64,000 nt of DNA from an uncultured Gammaproteobacteria bacterium (GCA_964531275.1 CAZHDZ010000003.1:33208-97207), one strand, 5' to 3'. Counted from the stretch's first letter, positions 39,465 to 49,175 are shown. Made by a program: numbers and translations. Notes: generated by a model not told the origin, from the letters alone.

Positions 39465-40413
39465 CTCCTTCCGAAGATGTTGTCGCGAGTAATGACATAA
39501 ATACCATAGTTAGCATAGCAAATACTAGTGCTTGCACTAGTGCCACAATCACTTCAAGCAGTAAAAATGGGATTGGTGCTAGAAATGCTGAGTAGGCAGC
39601 AAGACCAGCTACTGTAACAAGAACTACCTCTCCTGCAAATATATTACCAAAAAGCCTAAATGAAAGTGAAAATATTTTAACACCTTCAAGGAGGAATTCA
39701 AGTAGTCCAATTGCGAGATTGATAGGATTTTTAGAAAGGAACTTTTTTGCGTAACCCACTAAGCCATTGTAGCGGAAAGCAATAATATGTGTCATAACAA
39801 CTGATATTGTGGCAAGTGCAAGTGTTAAATTGAAGTCACTAGTTGCTCCTCTTAAGATTGGAAGTAGATGTTTTGAGCTTTCTGTTGTTGCGTGTGCTGG
39901 CTCCTCATGCGCAGTATCACTTGCAGAAGTTGTTGTCGCATGATTATTAGATGATGTTGCTTCATGAGGTGCCGTTTCATGAAGATCTATCTCATGGGCT
40001 GTACTTGGTGTTTCATTACCGTTTTCAGTTGCTGCCGGTGCTGTTGTTGTCGCTTTCTCGGTAGAATGTTGTGCAGTACTCTCATGCGCAGGACCTTTTT
40101 CCCAAATGCCAATTGTTCCAAATCCCGGGAGTAGGGCGATAAAGTTTGCAATGAGAATGAAAAAGAAAAAAGATGCAAACCAGGGAAATATTGTTTTGGC
40201 TTTTGTACCCGCGATTGACTCTGTTAGATCATAAAGATAGTCTATTGCGGGCTCAAAAATAGATTGAAGGCCTGTAGGGACAATTCTAATTCTTTTATAA
40301 ACCACAAATACTAATGCCACTATAACAACATCCACAAGAAGGGTTGCGATTAAAGTATTCGTGACGGGAAATCCGCCAATTTCAGTGATAAGTTCTGGTC
40401 TTAGTGAGGCCAT
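39454..40413 (-). CDS. atpB: Fo ATP synthase subunit a, carrying an atypical His/Thr/Ala/Glu-rich insertion of about 85 aa
   Basis: The C-terminal helices carry the conserved LSFRLFGNIFAGE and LVQALVFAMLTMVF motifs. The insertion HESTAQHSTEKATTT...AHEEPAHATTESSKH lies between predicted TM2 and TM3. Confidence 0.85.
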   Translation of the reverse strand: MASLRPELITEIGGFPVTNTLIATLLVDVVIVALVFVVYKRIRIVPTGLQSIFEPAIDYLYDLTESIAGTKAKTIFPWFASFFFFILIANFIALLPGFGTIGIWEKGPAHESTAQHSTEKATTTAPAATENGNETPSTAHEIDLHETAPHEATSSNNHATTTSASDTAHEEPAHATTESSKHLLPILRGATSDFNLTLALATISVVMTHIIAFRYNGLVGYAKKFLSKNPINLAIGLLEFLLEGVKIFSLSFRLFGNIFAGEVVLVTVAGLAAYSAFLAPIPFLLLEVIVALVQALVFAMLTMVFMSLLATTSSEGGGH

Positions 40414-40425
40414 TTACAGTTTTCA

Positions 40426-40454
40426 ATTTTAAGTGAGTGCAGAATTTAAGTCAA
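40426..40454 (-). promoter_or_regulatory. Sigma70-like promoter candidate for the atp operon (-35 TTGACT, 16-nt spacer, -10 TAAAAT), ending about 12 nt before the atpB ATG
   Basis: Minus-strand reading: TTGACTtaaattctgcactcacTTAAAAT. The genome is AT-rich, so chance matches are likely. Confidence 0.3.
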
Positions 40455-40478
40455 GCGTAATATACGTTGACAAGAATA

Positions 40479-43400
40479 CTAATTTAATATTCTAACTCCA
40501 TCAACAATAATAACCGGAAGGTCTTCTTTAAAGTCTAGCTTTCCTTCGATAATGACAATAGCATCTTTTACAAGATAAATTTTTGAACGTTCAAAAATCT
40601 TAGGAAAAACAACACATTCGATACTCACTCCTAAATGGTCCTCGAGTGTTATAAAGGCCATTTCTTCATTTGAACGTTTGGTAAAAATCTTTTTAATAGT
40701 TGACACTAGTCCTCCAATTTTTACTTTCGTGCCATTTTTAACTTCAGGAAGATCTGATATTTTGTGTGTTGCAAATGTAAAAAGAGAATTAAGCTTGTGA
40801 TTTAAGGGATGATCAGACAAGAAAAAACCGAGCAATTCTCTCTCAAACATTAATTTTTCACTTTCGGTAAAGTCTTCAATTTCTTCAAGATCTGTATTTA
40901 TAGTAGGTGTAATTTCCGGAAGATCTCCGAAAAGACTAATCTGATTTAAATCCTTCTTAGAGGGTTTTTTAGTAATAGCGCTTACTGCGTTTGCTGCTGC
41001 CGAGAGGAGACCTGCTCTTTTACCAAAATCATCAAATGCTCCAGCTTTAATAAGACTTTCCATTGTTTTTTTATTTACCTTTGAGAGATCAACTCTGCTA
41101 CAAAAATCGGAAAGACTTTTGAATTCACCGTTGCCCCTGGCTTCTAAGATCGTAGAAATAGCTGCAGTGCCAACATTTTTAACAGCAGAAAGGCCAAAAC
41201 GGACTTTATTTTCTTCAATTGAAAAGTCTGCCAATGAAGCATTAACATTAGGTCCTAGCACATCAATCTTAAGTCTTTTGCATTCGGCAACTGCAATTGA
41301 TATCTTTTCATTCTTTAGTGGTCCTGTTGATCCACGAGACTCAGCAGTAAGTAGGGCAGTCATAAATTCTACTGGGTAATGAGCCTTAAGATATGCGGTT
41401 CTGAAAGCTATAGTTGCATAGCAAGAAGCATGAGCTTTATTGAATCCATAGCCAGCAAATGGAGCTATTAGTTCAAATATCTCTTCAGCCTTTTTCTGAG
41501 TAAGACCGTTCTTAACCGCGCCTTGAAGAAATATTTCTTTTTGTTTTTTCATTTCAGCCGGAATTTTTTTACCCATAGCTTTACGGAACTTATCGGCATC
41601 AAGCCATGTGTAGCCTGCTAATGCGATGGTTGTTAGGAGAACGTCATCTTGGTAGGTAAGGATTCCGTACGAATTAGTCAAAATTTCTTTTAAGCGGGGG
41701 TCAGGAAATGAAATCTTCGAAGGATCATGTTTTCGAGCAATAAAATCAGGAATATTTTGCATCGGTCCCGGACGATATAGCGCTACCATTGCCATAACAT
41801 CAAAGATAGTAGTGGGTTTTAATTCTTTTATGTACCTTCTCATTCCAGAAGACTCAAGTTGGAATATTCCAGTCGTTTCACCACTGGCAAGGAGTCTATA
41901 TGTTGGTGGGTCGTCGTATGAAAGTTTTTGGAAATCTATTTCCTGATTTTGATTTTCTTTTATAAATCGCAAAGATTCTTGGATAATAGTTAGATTTCGA
42001 AGACCCAAAAAATCCATCTTAAGAAGTCCCACGCCGTCTTCTCCAACTGTGTACATATCATATTGGGTTACTATCTTGTCACCGTTCGTTTCTTTTTGAA
42101 GCGGTACATATTCAGTAAGGTCTTTATCTGCAATAACAACTCCCGCAGCATGTACTGATGCATGGCGAGCTACGCCATTAAGCTTACTGGCAAGTGTAAG
42201 GAGTCTTTTTGTTTCCGGCTCAGTTGTGTATGCAGCTTTTAGCTCTGGACTTTGTGTTAGTGCAAGGTCAATTGTCATATGGTGGCCTTGCCAGCCTGGG
42301 GGAATCATTTTAGAAATTCTGTCAGGTTGAGCATATGGCATGCCCAATGCACGGCCTGCATCCCTTACGGAGCCCCTTGCTTCCATTGTTCCAAAAGTAA
42401 TAATTTGTGCCACTTTATCTTTTCCATATTTTTGAGTTACGTACTCGATCACTTCATCTCGTCTTGTATCAGCAAAATCAAGATCAATATCGGGAGCCGA
42501 TGGTCTTTCCGGATTTAAGAATCTTTCAAACGGGAGGTTGAAATAGAATGGATCAACGTCAGTAATCCTTAGAATATATGAGACAACAGAGCCCGCAGCA
42601 GATCCTCTTCCAGGTCCAACGCTTATTCCTCGATCTTTCGCCCAATTTACAAAATCTGCAACAGTTAAGAAGTATGTCTCGTAGCCCTTTTTTAAAATGA
42701 CATCTATCTCATAGTCAATACGTTGTCGAATTTCTTCAGTAATATTTTCGTAGCGAAATGGTAGTCGTTCTTCTATAATTTTCTTAAAATATTCAGCGGC
42801 AGTAAGGCCATTAGGAACATCATATTGCGGCATTATCCATTTACCAAGTGTCAATTCCAGGTTACACATTTCCGCAATTTTTACAGTATTTTCAATGACC
42901 TCAGGCATATCCTTAAACGCCTCATTCATTTCCTTTGCAGACTTTAAGTAAAAGTCGGGTGAGTCAAGCATTGTTAATTTTCTATTCTCATCTAAAATTG
43001 TTGTTTGGGTGCCTATGCAAAGTAAGATTTCTTGACCTTCAGCATCATCTTTCTGAATGTAGTGATTATCGTTTGTTGCAACCAATTTAACTTCAAATTC
43101 CTTTCCTAGAACTTGCAACTTTTTGTTAAGTTCTTCTTGTCCCGGAACACTTATATGTCGTTGCACTTCAAGAAAAAGATTTTCTCTTGTGTATATATCG
43201 ATTAATTTTTGAAGCCTTTTTTTTGCTAGTTCTTCCTGTCCCGCAAGTAAAGGTTCGCTGACATATCCGCTTATACAAGCAGTCAAGCATATAAGCCCCT
43301 CGCTGTGTTTTTTGAGTAATTCAAGGTCTGTTCTTGGCTTGTAATAGAAGCCTTCCAAGTGAGAAGTTGTGATTATTTTTATCAAGTTTTTATAACCAGT

Positions 43401-43688
43401 TAAGTTTTTTGCGAGAAGAATAAGGTGGTTGTAATCCTTGTCCACTCCGGCTTCTTTATCATGCAGACTTCTTTTCGCTACGTAAATTTCACATCCTATA
43501 ATTGGTTTAATTCCTTCAGCAAGGCATTTCTTATAGAACTTAATTGTCCCATACATATTTCCGTGATCTGTTATTGCAAGAGAGGTCATTCCAAGCTTTT
43601 TTGCATGTTCAACCATTGGGTCAATACGTGACAATCCGTCGAGTAATGAATATTCCGAGTGATTATGTAGATGAACAAAATCTTTCAT
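40479..43688 (-). CDS. dnaE: DNA polymerase III alpha subunit
   Basis: N-terminal PHP domain (HLHNHSEYSLLDG). Length 1069 aa. Central polymerase core motifs (GVVIADKDLTEYVPLQ) and a C-terminal OB-fold region. Confidence 0.95.
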   Translation of the reverse strand: MKDFVHLHNHSEYSLLDGLSRIDPMVEHAKKLGMTSLAITDHGNMYGTIKFYKKCLAEGIKPIIGCEIYVAKRSLHDKEAGVDKDYNHLILLAKNLTGYKNLIKIITTSHLEGFYYKPRTDLELLKKHSEGLICLTACISGYVSEPLLAGQEELAKKRLQKLIDIYTRENLFLEVQRHISVPGQEELNKKLQVLGKEFEVKLVATNDNHYIQKDDAEGQEILLCIGTQTTILDENRKLTMLDSPDFYLKSAKEMNEAFKDMPEVIENTVKIAEMCNLELTLGKWIMPQYDVPNGLTAAEYFKKIIEERLPFRYENITEEIRQRIDYEIDVILKKGYETYFLTVADFVNWAKDRGISVGPGRGSAAGSVVSYILRITDVDPFYFNLPFERFLNPERPSAPDIDLDFADTRRDEVIEYVTQKYGKDKVAQIITFGTMEARGSVRDAGRALGMPYAQPDRISKMIPPGWQGHHMTIDLALTQSPELKAAYTTEPETKRLLTLASKLNGVARHASVHAAGVVIADKDLTEYVPLQKETNGDKIVTQYDMYTVGEDGVGLLKMDFLGLRNLTIIQESLRFIKENQNQEIDFQKLSYDDPPTYRLLASGETTGIFQLESSGMRRYIKELKPTTIFDVMAMVALYRPGPMQNIPDFIARKHDPSKISFPDPRLKEILTNSYGILTYQDDVLLTTIALAGYTWLDADKFRKAMGKKIPAEMKKQKEIFLQGAVKNGLTQKKAEEIFELIAPFAGYGFNKAHASCYATIAFRTAYLKAHYPVEFMTALLTAESRGSTGPLKNEKISIAVAECKRLKIDVLGPNVNASLADFSIEENKVRFGLSAVKNVGTAAISTILEARGNGEFKSLSDFCSRVDLSKVNKKTMESLIKAGAFDDFGKRAGLLSAAANAVSAITKKPSKKDLNQISLFGDLPEITPTINTDLEEIEDFTESEKLMFERELLGFFLSDHPLNHKLNSLFTFATHKISDLPEVKNGTKVKIGGLVSTIKKIFTKRSNEEMAFITLEDHLGVSIECVVFPKIFERSKIYLVKDAIVIIEGKLDFKEDLPVIIVDGVRILN

Positions 43689-43691
43689 AAA

Positions 43692-44621
43692 TTAGGCAAC
43701 CTGTTGTAATTGTTGAAATGAGAATCGATCTTGATCGGGGACAGCAATAAAAGTCGTATCGCGTCCTGCATTTTTCGCTTCTGCAACTGCAGCACTTGCT
43801 CGGCTTAATAATTGCAAACCGTTTTCCCCTGGTTGTAATTTTGTTGCCCCAAAGCTTAAGGTAACGACTTTGGGAATTCCTTCCTCTGATATCTCATTGT
43901 CTTTTAAAGTGTCTTTTGGGTGCATTTCTTGTAATGCCTTTGCACTCATTTCTTTATAAAGGCGTGAATATCTTCCGGTAATTGATGCTATTTTTTCTTC
44001 ATCTGTTGCTTCCGGTTTTTCTTCTATTCGAACATTGTTAAGATTTATTAACTGTACAAACTCTTCCCCACCAAAACGTGAGATTAATTCGTCATTTCTT
44101 GCCAAATTGCCCATAAGTCTTAAAAGATTGTCACCACCTGTGTGATTGTAGATTGTATTTATGTATTTAAATCTGTCTAGGTCAATAAATACAGCCCATA
44201 AATTACTGTTAGGATCCTGATGTGATGTTTCTACTTGGGAATCTATAGTCTCTTCAAGCCATCTCCGATTTTTCAAACCAGTAAGCTGATCCGTATAGCC
44301 TTGAATTTCTATACCGGCTCTTCGTAATGCATCCTGTTCTGCGAATTTTGATTTACTGACAAAATCTATTCCATTTTCAAGCATTAGATCTTGAACATCC
44401 GCTAGATGTCTCCTGAATATCCCATCATAGTAGTCATCTAGTTCGGCTGGAACTGCTTCTAGTTTATCTAATTGGTCATTTTCTTCACGATCAAAAATAT
44501 TAAGTTTTCCTTTCGTAGGGCCGAACCGATCCCACCATCTGTCAACTATAATTGCTGCCTCAGGGGTTCCTGCTTCGGGTATATGGGGGGGTGTGATTTT
44601 TGCTCCTAAACCTTCAGTCAT
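43692..44621 (-). CDS. GGDEF-domain diguanylate cyclase with an N-terminal domain of unknown function of about 120 aa; no TM helices
   Basis: DQLTGLKNRRWLEE; FIDLDRFKYINTIYNHTGGDNLL; RFGGEEF (a GG[DE]EF active-site motif); SFGATKL...AVAEAKNAGRDT. Confidence 0.8.
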   Translation of the reverse strand: MTEGLGAKITPPHIPEAGTPEAAIIVDRWWDRFGPTKGKLNIFDREENDQLDKLEAVPAELDDYYDGIFRRHLADVQDLMLENGIDFVSKSKFAEQDALRRAGIEIQGYTDQLTGLKNRRWLEETIDSQVETSHQDPNSNLWAVFIDLDRFKYINTIYNHTGGDNLLRLMGNLARNDELISRFGGEEFVQLINLNNVRIEEKPEATDEEKIASITGRYSRLYKEMSAKALQEMHPKDTLKDNEISEEGIPKVVTLSFGATKLQPGENGLQLLSRASAAVAEAKNAGRDTTFIAVPDQDRFSFQQLQQVA

Positions 44622-44625
44622 TGAA

Positions 44626-46020
44626 TCATTCTAGCATCTTAAGAAGGGTTTTTCTAATCTGATCCATGTCTTTGGCTTCTGGTAATGACTTTCTGATAGC
44701 ACCTATCAGATATCCCAACACCTGAACTTTACCTGCTTTGTATTCTGTAACAATCTGTGAATTTTCACTTATAACTTTACTAATTCCTGCGGTAAGTTTG
44801 GCCTCATCAAAACTTTCTATAGTGTTTTCTTCTTTAATTGTAGTAACTAGTGCAGTGGGATCTATCTTTTCCAAATCCGGTTTTTTATTAATAACAAAAT
44901 TTGCTATTGTTTTTGCATCAACATGTAAATTCTTGCCCTCAGAAACTGCAGCTTCAAAGAAATTACAAAGAACAATATCCCTGGTTAAGATCTCAGCATT
45001 GTATTCCGAAAGACCAAATTCGTTAACAAATCGAATAACTCGAGCTTGTGGAAGTTCTGGAAGCGATTGCTTAAGTTCTTCGACTTTACTATCAGAAAAA
45101 TTAATTGGGGGAAGATCTGGCTCTGGAAAATATCTATAGTCATGAGCTTCCTCTTTTGATCTTTGGCTTACTGTTTTGTTTTTGAATTCATTCCAGCCCC
45201 GCGTTTCCTGAAGAGGAACCTCTCCTTTATCAAGAAGCTCTTTATGTCTTTTTTCTTCAAACTTAATAGCATTTTCAACAAATTTAAACGAATTGATATT
45301 TTTTACCTCGACTTTATATTTTGCTAATTCCTTTTGTCCTGGAGGTCTTAGCGAAATATTTGGTTCAAGTCTCATTTGCCCTTTGTCCATATCTGCATCG
45401 CTTACTCCCAGGAAGCGGATGATTTTTTGTAATTCCTGCAGAAATATTCTTGCCTCTTCACCGGTTCTAATGTCAGGTTCTGTGACTATCTCAACGAGAG
45501 GTACACTTGATCTGTTGAAGTCAATGAGGCTTACTTCTTTCCCGTCAACTGTTGCATGGGTAAGTTTACCTGTATCTTCTTCCATATGTACCCTTGTAAT
45601 GCCAATTCTTTTTATTGCTCCGTTAACTTTGATATCAAGATATCCCTTTTCACCAAAAGGATGTAAAAATTGTGACGTCTGAAATCCCTTAGCAAGATCG
45701 GGATAAAAATAATTTTTCCTTTCAAAATATGAGTCTTGATTCACCATGCAATTAAGTGCAAGTCCAATTTGAACACAGGACTCTATTGCTTTTTGATTGG
45801 TGTAGGGGAGGGCACCAGGAAGTCCTAGGCAAATCGGACAAGTTTTGGTATTGGGTTTATCTGACAGATTTGGAACAGGGCAGCTACAGAACATTTTTGT
45901 AGTAGTTGCAAGCTCTACGTGGATTTCCATCCCTACAACTGTTTCGTAATCGCTGACGCTCATAGCGCTGACGCTTAAAATTGGTGGTTGGTGGTTGGTG
46001 TTTGGTGATTGGGAATTCAT
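44626..46020 (-). CDS. gatB: Asp/Glu-tRNA amidotransferase subunit B
   Basis: GMEIHVEL, MEEDTGKL and the C-terminal GatB_Yqey-like tail. The start codon overlaps the gatA stop (ATGA). Confidence 0.9.
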   Translation of the reverse strand: MNSQSPNTNHQPPILSVSAMSVSDYETVVGMEIHVELATTTKMFCSCPVPNLSDKPNTKTCPICLGLPGALPYTNQKAIESCVQIGLALNCMVNQDSYFERKNYFYPDLAKGFQTSQFLHPFGEKGYLDIKVNGAIKRIGITRVHMEEDTGKLTHATVDGKEVSLIDFNRSSVPLVEIVTEPDIRTGEEARIFLQELQKIIRFLGVSDADMDKGQMRLEPNISLRPPGQKELAKYKVEVKNINSFKFVENAIKFEEKRHKELLDKGEVPLQETRGWNEFKNKTVSQRSKEEAHDYRYFPEPDLPPINFSDSKVEELKQSLPELPQARVIRFVNEFGLSEYNAEILTRDIVLCNFFEAAVSEGKNLHVDAKTIANFVINKKPDLEKIDPTALVTTIKEENTIESFDEAKLTAGISKVISENSQIVTEYKAGKVQVLGYLIGAIRKSLPEAKDMDQIRKTLLKMLE

Positions 46021-47420
46021 ATGTTTGGCAATTTCAGATACATCTTTGTTTGTTGTTCAAAGGCGTAACCCGTTTTGAAGAGTAATTCCTCAGAAAAATG
46101 TGGTCCAATAAATTGAATTCCAATTGGTAGTTCGTCTTTGCTAAATCCAGCAGGGACTGATATCCCGGGAACACCAGCAAGATTAATGGTTACTGTTAAT
46201 GCGTCTGATAGATACATAGCAAGCGGGTCATTTGCCTTCTCACCAAATTTCCATGGTGGGGTAGGAGAAACAGGAGATACTATTACGTCAACTTTTTTAT
46301 ATGCGTCCTCAAAGTCTTTAGTTATGAGAGTTCTTACCTGCATAGCCTTTTTATAATAAGCGTCATAATATCCAGAAGAGAGTGTAAAAGTTCCGAGCAT
46401 TATTCTTCTTTTTGCTTCTTTTCCAAAGTGAGATCTATCCGCCCCAAATCTTATGCCATCATATCGAGCTAGGTTGGAGCTTACTTCTGAAGGCTGAATA
46501 ATATAATAGACTGCAATTCCTTCATCCGTATGAGGAAGAGAAATTTCAAGAATCTCAGCTCCGAGATTTTGAAGAATTTTAAGACTATTTTCGAATACTT
46601 CTTTGACGTCAGGACTTAGCCCTGTACCTACATATTCTTTTGGCACTCCAATTCTCATGCCCTTTATATCTTTGCCAATACTTTTTGTATAGTCAGTACT
46701 TTTGCCTTCAGCTAGCGTAGAATCATATCCGTCCTGTCCTGCCGTTGCATTAAGAATTATTGCTGAGTCTTTTACGGTTTTTGAGAAGTGTCCAATTGAG
46801 TCGAGGGAAGAAGCCATCGAAATAACTCCATAGCGACTCACCAATCCATAAGTAGGTTTTAGGCCGACGGTATTGGTGAAGCTTGCAGGAAGTCTAATAG
46901 ACCCTCCTGTATCCGTTCCGGTTGAGAAGGGTACCATGCCAGCAGCAACTGAGGCACTTGAGCCAGAAGAAGATCCTCCAGGAACGTACTCAGTATTCCA
47001 GGGATTGAGTGTATTTCCAAAGTCACTATTTTCACCACTTGATCCATGCGCCCATGCATCGTGATTTAGTTTGCCTAATGATATTGCTCCATTCTCTTCC
47101 AGCCTTGTAATAGCAGTGGACGTGTAGGGTGGAATATAATCTTTCAGAACATTTGATGCGGCAGTTGTCCTGACACCTTTGGTCAAGAACATATCTTTTA
47201 TTCCAAAGGGCACTCCATGTAGAGGATTAATTATATCTTTCCCTTCCAGTAGTGCGGCCTTTTTTTTAGCGTTTTCTTGATCGATAGTAATAAACGCATT
47301 AAGAGATGGATTTAATGCATTAACCCTTTCAAGATATGAGTTAATTATTTCGCTTACGCTGAACTCATGCTTTTTGTATCCCTCAATAATGTCACTGATT
47401 GTTAAATCTTGGATATTCAT
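46017..47420 (-). CDS. gatA: Asp/Glu-tRNA amidotransferase subunit A (amidase)
   Basis: Amidase signature GGSSSGSSASVAAG with the catalytic Ser-cisSer-Lys context. 467 aa. Confidence 0.95.
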   Translation of the reverse strand: MNIQDLTISDIIEGYKKHEFSVSEIINSYLERVNALNPSLNAFITIDQENAKKKAALLEGKDIINPLHGVPFGIKDMFLTKGVRTTAASNVLKDYIPPYTSTAITRLEENGAISLGKLNHDAWAHGSSGENSDFGNTLNPWNTEYVPGGSSSGSSASVAAGMVPFSTGTDTGGSIRLPASFTNTVGLKPTYGLVSRYGVISMASSLDSIGHFSKTVKDSAIILNATAGQDGYDSTLAEGKSTDYTKSIGKDIKGMRIGVPKEYVGTGLSPDVKEVFENSLKILQNLGAEILEISLPHTDEGIAVYYIIQPSEVSSNLARYDGIRFGADRSHFGKEAKRRIMLGTFTLSSGYYDAYYKKAMQVRTLITKDFEDAYKKVDVIVSPVSPTPPWKFGEKANDPLAMYLSDALTVTINLAGVPGISVPAGFSKDELPIGIQFIGPHFSEELLFKTGYAFEQQTKMYLKLPNI

Positions 47421-47423
47421 GCT

Positions 47424-47714
47424 TTAACTTGTTGTATCAACTGTTTGACTAACTACAAACATTTCATTGTGTATGCTTTTCCCTCCAGAAAGTGCTTCTT
47501 CCTGTGAGAGGCTTTGGTGTGAGATTTTATCTTCTCGGGTTTTATTTACAAGACCAGTTACTTGCGCTGTGGGGTTCACTTTTGAGGTGTCAACAGAGTC
47601 TAACTTTTCTATGTAGCCAACAATGTCATTTAGTTGCTTATCAAATTCTTTTTCTTCATCCGTAGTAATAGTCAAGTTGGCGAGTTTTGCTACCTTTGCA
47701 ACATCAATTTTCAT
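47424..47714 (-). CDS. gatC: Asp/Glu-tRNA amidotransferase subunit C
   Basis: 96 aa; MKIDVAKVAKLANLTITTDEEKEF..L..I..YIEKL pattern, lying upstream of gatA. Confidence 0.8.
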   Translation of the reverse strand: MKIDVAKVAKLANLTITTDEEKEFDKQLNDIVGYIEKLDSVDTSKVNPTAQVTGLVNKTREDKISHQSLSQEEALSGGKSIHNEMFVVSQTVDTTS

Positions 47715-47721
47715 GCCTATA

Positions 47722-47750
47722 AGTATACTGTCTTGAGGCTATCGTAGCAA
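47722..47750 (-). promoter_or_regulatory. Promoter candidate for gatCAB (-35 TTGCTA, 17-nt spacer, -10 TATACT), ending 7 nt before the gatC ATG, which implies leaderless mRNA
   Basis: Minus-strand reading: TTGCTAcgatagcctcaagacagTATACTtataggcATG. Confidence 0.3.
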
Positions 47751-47871
47751 TACTCAACTGCGTTTAATCTCGCAAGAGTTAATCAAGAATTTAAGATATA
47801 AATTTTGATGAATATTAAATAGCTCAACTAACGGTATCTTCTGCTACAGTGATCTGGATTACTGCAGTGCG

Positions 47872-48282
47872 TTAGCGTTTTGCATCTGACCGTTTAGCTC
47901 CCGTGTAGACATTCTTTTTATAAACCAATTGTGATCCTCCGACCTTTCTGAATTTCTTTGCCATGTAGTCTTTTTCTGTTTTGTCTTTTCTTTTAAGCAC
48001 AAGTTCAAAACATTTGGGATAGCTTCTTAACTGTCTTGCGACCCAAGCAATAGTTGAAACGCCTACCTTGGAGAGATCAGCTATATCTTTAAAGGTACTT
48101 TCATTAATTAAGCTTTCTGCGATTTGAATTCTTCTGCCGATTCTAATTTTTTCATCTTCGGTAAGCAATCCATTAATTAATTCATTTACCTCAGTGCCAT
48201 CCCTAGCAGCAAGAAAAGCGTCACGAAGACGATTCATTGCGCAATATGTTTCGCTTTTTGTGAGAAAACTATATCTATACAT
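47872..48282 (-). CDS. TrpR-fold YerC/YecD-like DNA-binding protein with a basic C-terminal extension
   Basis: NELINGLLTEDEKIRIGRRIQIAESLINESTFKDIADLSKVGVSTIAWVARQLR aligns with the B. subtilis YerC pattern (NELLSLSQRFEVAKML...ISEKTGASTATISRVNRSL) recalled from memory. Confidence 0.6.
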   Translation of the reverse strand: MYRYSFLTKSETYCAMNRLRDAFLAARDGTEVNELINGLLTEDEKIRIGRRIQIAESLINESTFKDIADLSKVGVSTIAWVARQLRSYPKCFELVLKRKDKTEKDYMAKKFRKVGGSQLVYKKNVYTGAKRSDAKR

Positions 48283-48369
48283 CTTTTGCTCCAGTAATAC
48301 AGATTACCGAAGTGAAATTAACAAATGATTAAAAAAAAGTATGTGGATAGGGTTTAGGGGCCTGGTGGG

Positions 48370-49137
48370 TTATTTGATACCGAGTCTAGAGACAAGAACC
48401 TCTTTAGCTTTTTTGGCAAGGACATCATTGAAAGCAAGCTTTATTTTCTTATCGTATTTATTTTCAATCGCTATTTCCAGAAGCTCTATAGCTAGCTCAG
48501 GGTTAGATGGTAGGATCGGTCCATGCATGTAGGTGCCAATAGAGTTTTTATAGTGTATCCCCTCGGTTTTGTCTTCTCCATTGTTGCCATATCCATGAAT
48601 AACCTTGGCAAATGCCATTGTATTATCTTTTAAATATGTTCTGCCGCCATGGTTTTCAAATCCAACATACGTTTTATTCTTGCGGAGGACAACAATATTG
48701 CCAATAAGTCTTTCCTTCTTTGGATCACTTTCCGTTGACATATCAAAAACGCCTAATCCTGGTATTTCTTTGCCATAAGCATCCTTATAATAATTACCTA
48801 AAAATTGATAAGCTCCACAAATGTAGAGTCCGGGGATTCCATCTTCAACCATTTTTGTAAGAGTAGTGCCCTTTTTTTCAATTAAATCTCGATTTACAAT
48901 TTCCTGCTGGAGGTCCTGTGCACCTCCCATAAACAACATATCACAGGTTTTAAGAACCGTATTGTCAGTATCTTGATCAATCCTCAATATCTCTACGTTT
49001 ATATTATGATCTTCGGCTATTCGTCGCAAAACAATAATATTGCCACGGTCGCCGTACGTAGACATAAGTTCTGGATATAACCATCCAATGGTAATTTTAG
49101 GATTTAAAATATTTATCTTCGTATGTTTTGTGTTCAT
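48370..49137 (-). CDS. gatD: Lipid II isoglutaminyl synthase glutaminase subunit GatD (CobB/CobQ-like class I glutamine amidotransferase)
   Basis: GIPGLYICGAYQFLG (catalytic Cys), GFENHGGRTY and GYGNNGEDKTEGIHYKNSIGTYMHGPILPSN match S. aureus GatD motif by motif. Confidence 0.9.
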   Translation of the reverse strand: MNTKHTKINILNPKITIGWLYPELMSTYGDRGNIIVLRRIAEDHNINVEILRIDQDTDNTVLKTCDMLFMGGAQDLQQEIVNRDLIEKKGTTLTKMVEDGIPGLYICGAYQFLGNYYKDAYGKEIPGLGVFDMSTESDPKKERLIGNIVVLRKNKTYVGFENHGGRTYLKDNTMAFAKVIHGYGNNGEDKTEGIHYKNSIGTYMHGPILPSNPELAIELLEIAIENKYDKKIKLAFNDVLAKKAKEVLVSRLGIK

Positions 49138-49175
49138 ATTTTAGTTTTCGATCACTAACCGCCATTTACTGATCG

